Assembly (NCBI GenBank): GCA_039194325.1
Contig: JBCCWC010000013.1
Location: 32,001-96,000, forward strand
Direction of reading: 5' to 3'
From: Myxococcota bacterium
GTDB lineage: Bacteria > Myxococcota_A > Polyangia > Nannocystales > Nannocystaceae
DNA length: 64,000 nucleotides
The notes below the pieces were generated by a model. The model was not told the DNA's origin and did not search any database. It was given only the letters and a program-made list of their open reading frames with translations. The position numbers and the translations under genes are program-made. Position 1 is the stretch's first letter. Each line of letters starts with the position of its first letter. Below are positions 28,704 to 38,096 of the stretch, piece by piece.

Positions 28704-30316
28704 CCCCGGGACTCGCCGAGCGCGGCGGCCTCCTCCACCAGCGAGAGGAACTCGCGGCGGGTCTGGTCGGGATCCTGGCCCACCGCGCCGGTGGCCAGGT
28801 CGGCCACGCGATCGAAGGTGGCGCTGCCGCGGTGCTCGCTTTTGCGGAGCACCATGCCGAACGCGGCCACGGCGGCCGAGAACCGGAAGTCGTTGGTGGT
28901 GTCCTGCAAGGGGCGGATCGGCACATTCACCGGGAGCTGCACCAACTGGCTCTGGTCGCCGTCGGGCGCCTTGTAGCGGATCTTGACGTGCATCGTCTCG
29001 TCCACGGCGGCGGTGGCCTTGGTCTCGCTTCCGGTCTGGTACTTGAGCGGATCGACCTTGCCCGAGAACTCGCCGGCGCCGGTGGGGACGATCTCGTAGA
29101 GCGCCGTCACCGTGTGCCCCGCCCCGATCTCACCGGCGTCCTTGCGGTCGTCGTTGAAATCCTGCTCGTTCAATAGGCGGTTCTCGTACCCCACCAGGCG
29201 GTAGGCCTCGACCACCTTCGGGTTGAGCTCCACCTGGAGCTTGACGTCCTTGGCGATCGGCACGAGCGTCGCGTTGGCCTGCTCCACCAGCACGCGCCGC
29301 GCCTCCTTCGCGCTGTCGATGTAGGCGTAGTTGCCGTTGCCGTGGTCGGCCACCTGCTCCATCATCGCGTCGTTGAGGTTGCCGGTGCCAAAGCCGAGCA
29401 CCGAGAGGAAGACGCCGCTCTCGCGGCGCTGCTCGATCATGTCCACCAGCTCCCCCTGGCTCGACGGGCCCACGTTGAAGTCGCCGTCGCTGGCCAGGAT
29501 CACGCGGTTGATCGCGTCCTTGTCGAAGTTACGCTGGGCCACGTCGTAGGCCAGCGCCAGGCCCTCGGCCCCCGCGGTCGAGCCCCCCGCCTGCAGCCGC
29601 CGAAGCGCCCGCTTGATCTTGCCCTTGTCGTTGGTCGGCTGTAGCACCACCCCGCTGGCCCCCGCGTAGACCACCAGGGCCACGCGATCTTGCTCCCGCA
29701 GGTCGTCCGCGAGCATGGTCAGCCCCTTCTTGAGCAAGCCGAGCTTTTCTGGGGAATCCATGGAGCCCGACACATCCACCAAGAACACGAGGTTGCGCGG
29801 CGGCACCTCATCGAGCGTGATGTGCTTGCCCTGGATCCCCAGGTGCACGAGCCGATGGGCGTCGTTCCACGGGCACGGGCCGATCTCGGCGGTCACCGAG
29901 AAGGGGTGAGGCCCCTGGGGCTCGGCGTAGTCGTAGTCGAAGTAGTTGATGAGCTCCTCCACCCGAACCGCGTCGGCCGGAGGTAGCTGGCCGTACGAGA
30001 GGAACCGGCGCACGTTGCTGTAAGAGGCCGTGTCGACGTCTACGCTAAACGTGGACAGCGGCTGATCGGCGACCGCGACGAAGCCGTTGTCGTCGATGTG
30101 GTTGTAGTCCTCGGAATCCATGGGCGGCGCATCCCAGCCCCAGTCCGCATCCGCCGGTGCGCCTGCCATGCCGGGCATCCCACTCATCATTCGATAGCGA
30201 GTAGCCCCTTTGTTGCAGCCCGCGGGGAGAGCGGCGCCAACAGCGCACAACGTAAGTGCCGCCAAACTACGGCGTAGGACCGAAGACCAGGGGGAGGGAG
30301 CGCACGGGGAGGGCAT
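28700..30316 (-). CDS. YfbK-like von Willebrand factor A domain lipoprotein (DUF3520)
   Basis: STFSVDVDTASY, VRVEELINYF, MIDAS DVSGSM, SDGDFNVG, GYENR..DFNDD..DAGEIGAGH. Confidence 0.93.
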   Translation of the reverse strand: MPSPCAPSPWSSVLRRSLAALTLCAVGAALPAGCNKGATRYRMMSGMPGMAGAPADADWGWDAPPMDSEDYNHIDDNGFVAVADQPLSTFSVDVDTASYSNVRRFLSYGQLPPADAVRVEELINYFDYDYAEPQGPHPFSVTAEIGPCPWNDAHRLVHLGIQGKHITLDEVPPRNLVFLVDVSGSMDSPEKLGLLKKGLTMLADDLREQDRVALVVYAGASGVVLQPTNDKGKIKRALRRLQAGGSTAGAEGLALAYDVAQRNFDKDAINRVILASDGDFNVGPSSQGELVDMIEQRRESGVFLSVLGFGTGNLNDAMMEQVADHGNGNYAYIDSAKEARRVLVEQANATLVPIAKDVKLQVELNPKVVEAYRLVGYENRLLNEQDFNDDRKDAGEIGAGHTVTALYEIVPTGAGEFSGKVDPLKYQTGSETKATAAVDETMHVKIRYKAPDGDQSQLVQLPVNVPIRPLQDTTNDFRFSAAVAAFGMVLRKSEHRGSATFDRVADLATGAVGQDPDQTRREFLSLVEEAAALGESRG

Positions 30317-30399
30317 CGCGGCCCCGAACGACCACGGGAGGACGACGCTTACAGCGGTCCGCTCGTGGGTTCACACGACGCGGCGCTACCCTCCGCGTC

Positions 30400-31209
30400 A
30401 TGGTCGTCGACGCCTGGATCCAGCACCCCAACCCGTCCTTCCTCGCCGACGAGATGTTCACCAGCCTTCGCCGCTGGATGGGCATGACGACGGTCCCCAA
30501 CTCGATCCCCGTGCAGATGACCCTGAGCGCCCTCGACCTGGCCAAGGTCGATCGCGCCCTCGCCTGCGCCTGGTGGGGGCCCCGCGGTGCGCTGATCTCC
30601 AACGACGAGGTCGCCGCGACAGTGGCGGAGGCCCCCGAGCGCCTGGTGGGGATCGCCTCGGTCGACCTCCACCGCCCCATGGACGCGGTGCGCGAGCTTC
30701 GTCGCTGCGTGCGAGAGCTCGGCTTTCGCGGGGTACGGATCCTCCCCTGGCTGTGGGGCCTGCCGCCCGACGACCGCCGCTACTACCCGATCTACGCCGA
30801 GTGCATCGAGCTGGGGGTGCCCTTCTGCCTGCAGGTCGGTCACGCCGGCCCGCTGCGCCCGTCGGAGCCGGGACGCCCGATCCCCTACCTCGACCACGTG
30901 GCCTGCGAGTGGCCCGAGCTGACGATCGTGGGCGGGCACATCGGCTACCCGTGGACCGAGGAGATGCTCGCGCTCGTCCGCAAGTACCCCAATGTTTATA
31001 TCGATACCTCGGCGTATAAGCCCTCGCGCTATCCGGCGGCGCTGGTCGAGTACCTCCGTGGCCGCGGGCGCCACAAGATCTTGTTTGGGTCCAACTTTCC
31101 GATGATCAGCCCCAAGGATTGCCTCGATCAGCTCGAGTCGCTCGGGCTCGACGAGGAGGCGACCGAGCTGTTCACCGGCGGCAACGCGGTGCGGGTGTTC
31201 GGGCTGTAG
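30400..31209 (+). CDS. Amidohydrolase_2 family protein
   Basis: VVDAW, YYPIYAECIELGVP, GGHIGYPW, NVYIDTSAY, LFGSNFP. Confidence 0.9.
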   Translation: MVVDAWIQHPNPSFLADEMFTSLRRWMGMTTVPNSIPVQMTLSALDLAKVDRALACAWWGPRGALISNDEVAATVAEAPERLVGIASVDLHRPMDAVRELRRCVRELGFRGVRILPWLWGLPPDDRRYYPIYAECIELGVPFCLQVGHAGPLRPSEPGRPIPYLDHVACEWPELTIVGGHIGYPWTEEMLALVRKYPNVYIDTSAYKPSRYPAALVEYLRGRGRHKILFGSNFPMISPKDCLDQLESLGLDEEATELFTGGNAVRVFGL

Positions 31210-31227
31210 AGCAGGCGGCCGGAGCCG

Positions 31228-32889
31228 CTATTTCACCGCGATGCGCTCGACGAAGTGCGGCGCCTCGATGATGGCGGCCATGGTGCTCTGCAGGGTCGCG
31301 GCGTCGCCGCCCGAGAGCTCTTCGATCGCCTCGGGGTTGCAGCCGTCGAGCCCATATGTGTAGTACGAAAGGTACTCGGCGTAGCACGCCTGGGTCTCGG
31401 GCCGCGTGGCGAGGGCTTGGGCGAGGCTGTCGAGCCCGTCGAGCTCGATCTGCTCGCCGCCTTCCAAGCCGGCCAAGACGCCGCTGGCATCGATCGGGTG
31501 ACCATTCTCGACGTCGCGGTAGCGACCGAAGGTGTCGTAGTGCTCGAAGGCAAAGCCCACCGGGTCGATGAGGTTGTGGCAACCCGAGCACTGTCCATCG
31601 GTGGAGTGCTGCTCGTAGCGCTCGCGGTTGCTCGCGTCCTCGGCGATCGGCTGCAGGTTGGTGTCTACACCCGCGGGCGGCTCGGGCAGCTCCTGGCATA
31701 GAAGCCGGCGCCGCACGAGCACCCCGCGGGCGACCGGCGAGGAGTTGTCGGTGAGGGCGTGCCGCGCCAGGATCGACCCGTGCCCCAGAATGCCGGGAGC
31801 CCTCGCCCCGTCTCCTTCGGCGGGGATCTCGATCATCTGAGGATCGGGGGTGTTGGCCTGCCAAAGCCGGTAGAAGTGGCCCAGGTTCTGGTTGACGAAG
31901 GTGTAGTTGGCCGAGAGCAGCTCGGCCACGTCGCCTTGGCTGCCAAATAGGTGCAAGAACAGCGCGGTGGTCTCGGCCAGCATGTCCTGGCGGTGCTCGT
32001 CGGTGAACTGCACCTCGGGCACCTCGACCTTTGCCGTGCTCTCGAAATCGTCGATCTCCAGCCAGCTTCGCACGAAGCGCTCGAGGTTCTCCTGGCCCTG
32101 CGGGGAGGCAACGAGCCGCTCGAACTGCTCCATGCGCACCTGGGGATCGCCCAGCGCGCCCTGGGCGGCCAAACCGAGCAGCTCGTCGTCGGGGGGACGG
32201 TTGGTCAGCGAGTATGACAGGTTGCTCGCCAGCTCGTAGTCGGTGAGCAAGAAGCGGCCCTCGTCCCCCGTGTCGGCCCCTAGCTCTCGGCGATACAAGA
32301 AGTAGGGCGATTGCATCATCGTGGCGATTACGACGGTGACGGCCTCGTCGAACGTGGGCTGGGCGTCGAAGAGCTCGGCGTAGGCGGAGATCTTCGCGTC
32401 GGCCAATGGCTCTCGGTAGAACCGCAGGCCGAGCTCGGCGATCACCTCGTCGCGGCAGGCAGGGTCGGTCGACTGGCAGCTCGCGATCTGGCCCAGCTTG
32501 TTGGCCACCGCCCACTCGGCGACCGACTCGGCGTACTGCATCAGCTGCTGCGCGTTGAGATCTCGGACGAGCGCCTCGGTGGCATCGACCCGGAAGCCAT
32601 GGACGACGGGATCGCTGAGCACGTCGGCGTGCGGGACCGACTCGTCCTCGAAGATCGCTTGCAGGGTCACGTATAGCTGGTGGGCGCTGAGCCGGCGGAT
32701 CATGCGAGGGCCAGCCTCGGTGCAATCGGGCGCGGTCGGCTCTGCTCCGCCGTCGCCCGACTCGTCTTCGCCGGTCTCGCCGTCGGTCATTCCCACATCG
32801 TCGATCTCTGCCTCGCCGCCCGCGTGGCAGGCGGTCGCCAGCAGGGGCAGCGAGGCGATGATGAGCGATTCGAGCTTGATCGAGTGCAT
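31228..32889 (-). CDS. DUF1592/DUF1588-family lipoprotein with CxxCH motif
   Basis: ATAC lipobox, RRLS, QSPYFLYRRE, LASNLSY..PPD, SSPVARG, CSGCH. Confidence 0.88.
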   Translation of the reverse strand: MHSIKLESLIIASLPLLATACHAGGEAEIDDVGMTDGETGEDESGDGGAEPTAPDCTEAGPRMIRRLSAHQLYVTLQAIFEDESVPHADVLSDPVVHGFRVDATEALVRDLNAQQLMQYAESVAEWAVANKLGQIASCQSTDPACRDEVIAELGLRFYREPLADAKISAYAELFDAQPTFDEAVTVVIATMMQSPYFLYRRELGADTGDEGRFLLTDYELASNLSYSLTNRPPDDELLGLAAQGALGDPQVRMEQFERLVASPQGQENLERFVRSWLEIDDFESTAKVEVPEVQFTDEHRQDMLAETTALFLHLFGSQGDVAELLSANYTFVNQNLGHFYRLWQANTPDPQMIEIPAEGDGARAPGILGHGSILARHALTDNSSPVARGVLVRRRLLCQELPEPPAGVDTNLQPIAEDASNRERYEQHSTDGQCSGCHNLIDPVGFAFEHYDTFGRYRDVENGHPIDASGVLAGLEGGEQIELDGLDSLAQALATRPETQACYAEYLSYYTYGLDGCNPEAIEELSGGDAATLQSTMAAIIEAPHFVERIAVK

Positions 32890-32900
32890 CGTAGTGGTCC

Positions 32901-34184
32901 CTATGCGCAGAGGATCGACAGCGGCTCGCGAGCCCCAGCGTCGGACTCGGTCGAGCCGAAGCCCTCGAGATCGGTGATTCCCATCGCCTCACAGCAGTTG
33001 AACAAGACCCGCTGGTGCGCCTCGCCACCGCCCTGGAGGTAGCGGCCCCCAGGCGCGGTCTTGAGGTAGCCCCCCGCGCCACCGCTGAGCACGAAGCGCA
33101 TGTTCGACCCGTTGTGGGCGACCGCGTCACCCATTCCTCGGGTCCAGATCATCAGCGTCTGATCAAAGAGGCTGCCATCCCCGTCGGGTGCCGGCATCGA
33201 CCGCAGCTGCTCGGCAGCGGCCACGAACTGCTCACCGACCCAGCGCTCGAGGTTGACGACCTGCTCGGTCTGCCCCCCGTGGATGAACTGATGCCAGTCG
33301 CCGGTGCCGATCTCGGGCAAGCCGACCTGGGTGGCCTGGTGGTGCCCAAACTCGATGGCAGCGACCCGGGTCAGATCGCAGGAGAACGCGGTGATGGCGA
33401 GCTCGACGTGGGTGGCGCTGTTGACCAGGGCCTCGGGCGAGTCGGTCACCCCGCCCGCGGGGTTGCACTCGGGCCCGTCGCCGTTGCCTAGCAGGCGATC
33501 TTCGAGCTGGCGGATCGAGTCGGTGTGGAGCTCTAGCTTTTGTCGCTCGGAGTGGCCGAGCTGGTCGGAGAGCTCGGAGATCTCTGAGGTAATAAGATCC
33601 AAAGAGCTCTGTCGGCGGGCCAGGAGTCGCTCCGCCGCCTCGCCGTCGAGGTCGCCGCCGCCGGCGATCCCGGCGAAGATCGTCTCGTAGGCGGCGGCCG
33701 GCGAGAAGAGCGGAGAGAGGGCCTGGTCGCTGTAGCGGAAGAAGGTGCTCTGGGCTTCGGAGCTGACTCCGCCGAGGATCAGGTTCTCGAAGGGCGTGCT
33801 CACCCCCTGCTGGGCGAGCTTGTCGCCCACGAACTGCTCCAGCGACACGCGGTTGCTCCCGCTGTGGCCCACGCCGGTCAGGCCACCCGGCGCGGCGTGG
33901 TTGTCCGAGGTGCCCTTGCTGTCGAGCTCGTCGATCACCACGAGGCTGTCGCGTAGTGGCTCGAGCGGCTCGAGCATGGGGCTGAAGACGATGTCGGACT
34001 CGGTGGAACCGGTGGGGGTCCACTGATCGATCATCGTGCCCGTGGTGTGGAAGATGAGCAGGTACTTGGCCTTGCCCCCGGCCGCTATCGCTCGGCGCGG
34101 CCCGAGCAAGGAGATGAAGGGCGACAGCAACGTCGCCGCGGCCATCGAGCTGACAAAGGACCTTCGACCGAGCGTACCGGGCAT
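32901..34184 (-). CDS. DUF1552 family protein
   Basis: GRRSFV, SPMLEPLEP, HTDSIRQLE, FSCDLTRVA; transcribed before its DUF1592 partner. Confidence 0.88.
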   Translation of the reverse strand: MPGTLGRRSFVSSMAAATLLSPFISLLGPRRAIAAGGKAKYLLIFHTTGTMIDQWTPTGSTESDIVFSPMLEPLEPLRDSLVVIDELDSKGTSDNHAAPGGLTGVGHSGSNRVSLEQFVGDKLAQQGVSTPFENLILGGVSSEAQSTFFRYSDQALSPLFSPAAAYETIFAGIAGGGDLDGEAAERLLARRQSSLDLITSEISELSDQLGHSERQKLELHTDSIRQLEDRLLGNGDGPECNPAGGVTDSPEALVNSATHVELAITAFSCDLTRVAAIEFGHHQATQVGLPEIGTGDWHQFIHGGQTEQVVNLERWVGEQFVAAAEQLRSMPAPDGDGSLFDQTLMIWTRGMGDAVAHNGSNMRFVLSGGAGGYLKTAPGGRYLQGGGEAHQRVLFNCCEAMGITDLEGFGSTESDAGAREPLSILCA

Positions 34185-34644
34185 GATGAAGAGCTCCCAT
34201 GGGTACAAAACGCGCGTGGACACGCGCGTCCGACCCCGTGTCGTTGGGGTGGATCACGGCGGCGAAAGTCGATGAAGTTTTGCGGTTAGCGCCAGCGGGC
34301 TCGGCCGTGGTGAAAACCTTGTGTGGCCGTCAACATGGTGGGCGCGGGCTGGGCTGAGGCGAGTCTCGCCCCCTTGGACCCACGAGGAGCAAACCTTTGT
34401 GCTTGGCCTCGACCGATCGAACGACCGGGGCCTACAAACCCCAACGCACGACCTCATGGCTCGTACCGCGCTCGCACGTGGACTTTTGTCTCACGCTCGC
34501 CGGACAGGCTGATCGTGGGTACCGGCGACTTCGGCGATGCACCCAACCAGGTCCTCGCGATAGAGGCTTTCGACACACACCTCGGGTTTCTGCCAGCCCG
34601 AGCATGACCCTACCTGCCCCGAACAGCCCGGCATCTTCTTCGAC

Positions 34645-35304
34645 TCACCACGCATCACCAGGATTGAGGCGACCTTGTCGCCGCAGCTCCTTTGCCACGA
34701 ACGGGGACTCCTCTCGGAGCACGCGCAAAGAGATGTCACCCCGCCAATAACGCTCGGCATCCTCTTCGCGCTGGTGCCGAAAGTCGTCGAGTCCCAGGCG
34801 ATCGATGGTCGCTTGGATCCCGTCGCGCAGCGCCACCGCCAAGCGCGGGTTTGGTTTCACTTGAAAACCCACCAACTCGAGCTGAAACCAGCTCGGCTTG
34901 ACGTCGAACGGATCCAGAACATCGCCAAACTCCCGCTTTCGCGCGTTGAGCCGCGAGCAACACAGGCGGTAGTTGGACCACAGGTAGACCTTGCGCCAAC
35001 TTCGTGACTTCGCGGCAAAGTGATCTGCCGATGCGGCCCCGGTGACGCGATGGATGCGAAAGCACGAGTACGCACAGATCTCTCCGTAGGCGTCCATGAG
35101 GTCGCCGAGGGCCTTCGTCCAGTAGGTCGGAAACTCGTTCGCCGGGATGTCGCGCTCGCGTTCGTACCGCGCTAGGAATGGCCGTCCGCGTCGACGCGGG
35201 TACGACGGCGTCTTGCCCACCATCTCCGCGATGGCGCGAAGCCCCGGCTTGCGCACCTTGTCGTCGAAGCCGGGTGGCCTGGGAGCCTTGCGTACGGGGA
35301 TCAT
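34645..35304 (-). CDS. HNH-type endonuclease (PtuB/Septu-like)
   Basis: ICAYSC..DHFAAKS..YLWSNYRLCCSRLNARK..LDPF; ATGA overlap with the ATPase. Confidence 0.7.
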   Translation of the reverse strand: MIPVRKAPRPPGFDDKVRKPGLRAIAEMVGKTPSYPRRRGRPFLARYERERDIPANEFPTYWTKALGDLMDAYGEICAYSCFRIHRVTGAASADHFAAKSRSWRKVYLWSNYRLCCSRLNARKREFGDVLDPFDVKPSWFQLELVGFQVKPNPRLAVALRDGIQATIDRLGLDDFRHQREEDAERYWRGDISLRVLREESPFVAKELRRQGRLNPGDAW

Positions 35305-36566
35305 CGGGCACGCCCCCTTCGCGCCTTCAGGTCATGCCGGTACTGCGTCCATCGCACCCAGAAACGATCGACGTCACTGAGCGCCTCCCGCAGGAGTTGG
35401 TCCACCCTCTTGACCTCGGCCGGCGTCGCCTTCGGCTTCCTGAGCAAGGCAAGCGCGGCTGTGATGGCCTCTTCGGCCTCGAGCGAGCGGGGTTCTCGGA
35501 GATCGAAGACACTCGAGGTGAGCCATGCATTGGCATCACCGCGCCGGCTCCACGGGTACTCGCCAAGTTGAACCTGACCGTCGACCAGGTCAAGCTCCCA
35601 GATGGCGTCGGCCTCGATGTCGAAGCGCGTCTCGGCTGATGCCAGCACCAACGGTGAGTGCGTGGCCGTGATGAGCTGCACGGGCACATCGTGCTGACCC
35701 GTCAATGCCTCCATCACATCGAGCAGCGCCGGAACAATGCGACGTTGCCACTGCGGGTGCAGATGCGCCTCGACCTCGTCGATAAGGAAGATGATCCGCT
35801 GAGCCGGCTCGTCACCACGTAGAGCAGCGGCGTCGATGTGCTCGCGCCAGGACCACACGAGCAAGTAGGCCAGCGCAACGATCCGACGAATGCCCGCCGA
35901 GGCATGGACCAGGGGCACATCGTGCCCGTAGGACATACGGATCGTGGGGTGCCTGCGCGCGTCGGCCAGCGAGATCTTCATCAGTTCCCCCGGCTCCAAT
36001 TGCTCGCCGGTCGACGGAGAGAGCGATCGCAGCACCCGGCACAACTGCTCGAAGCTCTCGCCGGCCTCGAGCTTCCAGCTGGCCCAGTCCGCCACGAGGC
36101 CATTGCAGAACTTGACAGGCTCATCGAGCGGCAGCCCGTGCCAGACCTCCTGTGGTGAGAACAAGTAGGCCGACTGACGATCTGCCTGCTCGCCCTTCCA
36201 GTAGTTGCGAGCGGGATCCCACACCGAGAACCCTCCATCGACCTGCGCATAGAGGACCAACCCGGGGATCGGAGGCCGACCGCGCTTGAGTGGCCATTGC
36301 TCATTGGCTCGATCGAACTCGCTCTTGTGTCGATGGCCTCGGCTGGTCTTCGTCTTGTAGCGATACTCGATGGTCGCCTTGGCCGGTGGCCGGTGCGGGC
36401 GCAACATCTGCCGCGCCCAGGTGCGGGTGAGCGCCCACCAAGCGGCGTCGAGCAAGAACGTCTTGCCCAGGCCATTGTCGCCAGCGAGAAAGTTCAACCG
36501 CTTGCGAAACTTCACCGACAGCGAGGAGGCTGGACCCACACCGCGAAACTCTAGTGCTTCAAGCAT
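35301..36566 (-). CDS. AAA_21/ABC-type ATPase (PtuA/Septu-like)
   Basis: GDNGLGKT, ASAGIRR, LIDEVEAHLHPQWQRRI, ATHSPLVL. Confidence 0.85.
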   Translation of the reverse strand: MLEALEFRGVGPASSLSVKFRKRLNFLAGDNGLGKTFLLDAAWWALTRTWARQMLRPHRPPAKATIEYRYKTKTSRGHRHKSEFDRANEQWPLKRGRPPIPGLVLYAQVDGGFSVWDPARNYWKGEQADRQSAYLFSPQEVWHGLPLDEPVKFCNGLVADWASWKLEAGESFEQLCRVLRSLSPSTGEQLEPGELMKISLADARRHPTIRMSYGHDVPLVHASAGIRRIVALAYLLVWSWREHIDAAALRGDEPAQRIIFLIDEVEAHLHPQWQRRIVPALLDVMEALTGQHDVPVQLITATHSPLVLASAETRFDIEADAIWELDLVDGQVQLGEYPWSRRGDANAWLTSSVFDLREPRSLEAEEAITAALALLRKPKATPAEVKRVDQLLREALSDVDRFWVRWTQYRHDLKARRGRAR

Positions 36567-36774
36567 TTCCTGCTCCAGTGGTGCGCCGATCGCGGCTCCG
36601 ATCGCTGCGATGATACCGAGACCTCGGGCGACCGCCATTCCAGCGAGGCGTTCGAAGATCCTCTCTCATCTGCGGCCCTGCCTACGTTGCAATGCCGCCA
36701 CGCTAAGAATTCCAGCGACCCCCTGTTCGCGCTTACCCCGCAAGCTCGCACCATAGCTCCGCGTGCATGGCCCG

Positions 36775-36855
36775 TCAGGGCTCGAGCGCCGCGACCAGCA
36801 CATCGAGATCGCCCTCGCTGTGCTCGGTGCCGGCGACATAGACAACCTCATTGCG
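36775..36855. repeat. Degenerate copy of the last ~27 codons of the 38097-39506 gene
   Basis: Matches 38097-38180, with a 3-bp indel and a few substitutions. Confidence 0.88.
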
Positions 36856-36942
36856 AAACCCCTACCCGGGCTTGCTATCGTGCGAAGGTGCTGGGCCGCG
36901 AAGCGCTTGCGACCGCCTCCCCCGCCTCGACCTGAGCTAAAC

Positions 36943-38043
36943 ATGACCACCTCGAATTCACTGCGCCTGCTGCTGCTGTCCTGCGTGCTACCCCTGGCCT
37001 GTTTCGACCCCGAGGCGAACGACGACGATGCGAACGACAGCACCGGGGCCACCACGGGCGCGAGCACGTCTGCGACCACGACCAACGAGTCCGCTCCCGC
37101 CCCGGACACCTCGGACTCGGGCACGCCCGACCCGAACACGACGGGCGAGGACCCGGACACCACGGCCAGCAGCGGCGAGCAGATCGACCAGACCCCGCCC
37201 ACCGTGGTCTCCATCTCGCCCGGCGACGGCGAGATGGGGGTGTGGGCCGACACGACGATCGCAGTGACCTTCAGCGAGGCGATGGATCGGCCCTCCGCTC
37301 AGGCAGCATGGCAGTCGGCCAACATCGGCCCCGTCACCTTCATGTGGAGCGCCGACGACACCGAGATGACGGTGGTGCCCAACGCTCCGCTGCCCTACGG
37401 CACGGGCAGCAGCCCGGCCACCACCACGGCCCTCGAGTATGCGCTCACGGTGGACACCACCGCGACCGATGCGGCGGGCAACGCCCTCGAAGCGCCGTGG
37501 AATTCGAGCTTCTTCACCCTGCGGCAGGTGCTGCTCGAGGTGCCGCCGGTCGACATCATGACGGGGATGACCTCGCCAAGCGGGGTGGGGCTCAACACCA
37601 ACGACTGCTACGTGGGTGACATACCGGGAGACACGCCGCAGCGCGGCACGATGACCTTCGACTTTCCGCCCTTCCCCGCGAGCTTCGTGGCGATCTCCAC
37701 GGCCGTGATGTCGGCCGCGCAGGTCATCGTCAACGGCGAGCCCTACGGCCCTGCGCCGGGGCTGGGCACGGTGCACATCCTCGACGTGGAGTACGAGGAT
37801 CAGTTCTACGTGTGGGACGAAGCGATCGTGATCGCCGATCTCGGGGTCTTCTCCAACGACACCAACATCGAGACCAAGAGCTTTGACGTCACCGAGCCGG
37901 TGATCGCCGATTACGAGCTGGGCACCCCCAACACCCAGTTCTGGCTGCAATTCCCCGTGCTGACCAACAACAACGGGACCACCGATCGCGTGACCTTTGG
38001 CAAGGACACGGTGGTGCTCGAGCTGGGCTACCTGATGCAGTGA
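36943..38043 (+). CDS. Lipoprotein with bacterial Ig-like (Big_5) domain
   Basis: PLAC lipobox, Thr/Ser linker, DQTPPTVVSISP..VTFSEAMD..TDAAGNAL. Confidence 0.8.
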   Translation: MTTSNSLRLLLLSCVLPLACFDPEANDDDANDSTGATTGASTSATTTNESAPAPDTSDSGTPDPNTTGEDPDTTASSGEQIDQTPPTVVSISPGDGEMGVWADTTIAVTFSEAMDRPSAQAAWQSANIGPVTFMWSADDTEMTVVPNAPLPYGTGSSPATTTALEYALTVDTTATDAAGNALEAPWNSSFFTLRQVLLEVPPVDIMTGMTSPSGVGLNTNDCYVGDIPGDTPQRGTMTFDFPPFPASFVAISTAVMSAAQVIVNGEPYGPAPGLGTVHILDVEYEDQFYVWDEAIVIADLGVFSNDTNIETKSFDVTEPVIADYELGTPNTQFWLQFPVLTNNNGTTDRVTFGKDTVVLELGYLMQ

Positions 38044-38096
38044 GGGCCAGGGCCTCGGGAGGGCATCAAAAGCGCCCCGGGGCCACCATGGGATCA

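Noticed and set aside
34250..36770. Possible retron associated with the ATPase-HNH pair
   Set aside because: No reverse transcriptase ORF or recognisable msr-msd inverted repeats in the flanks
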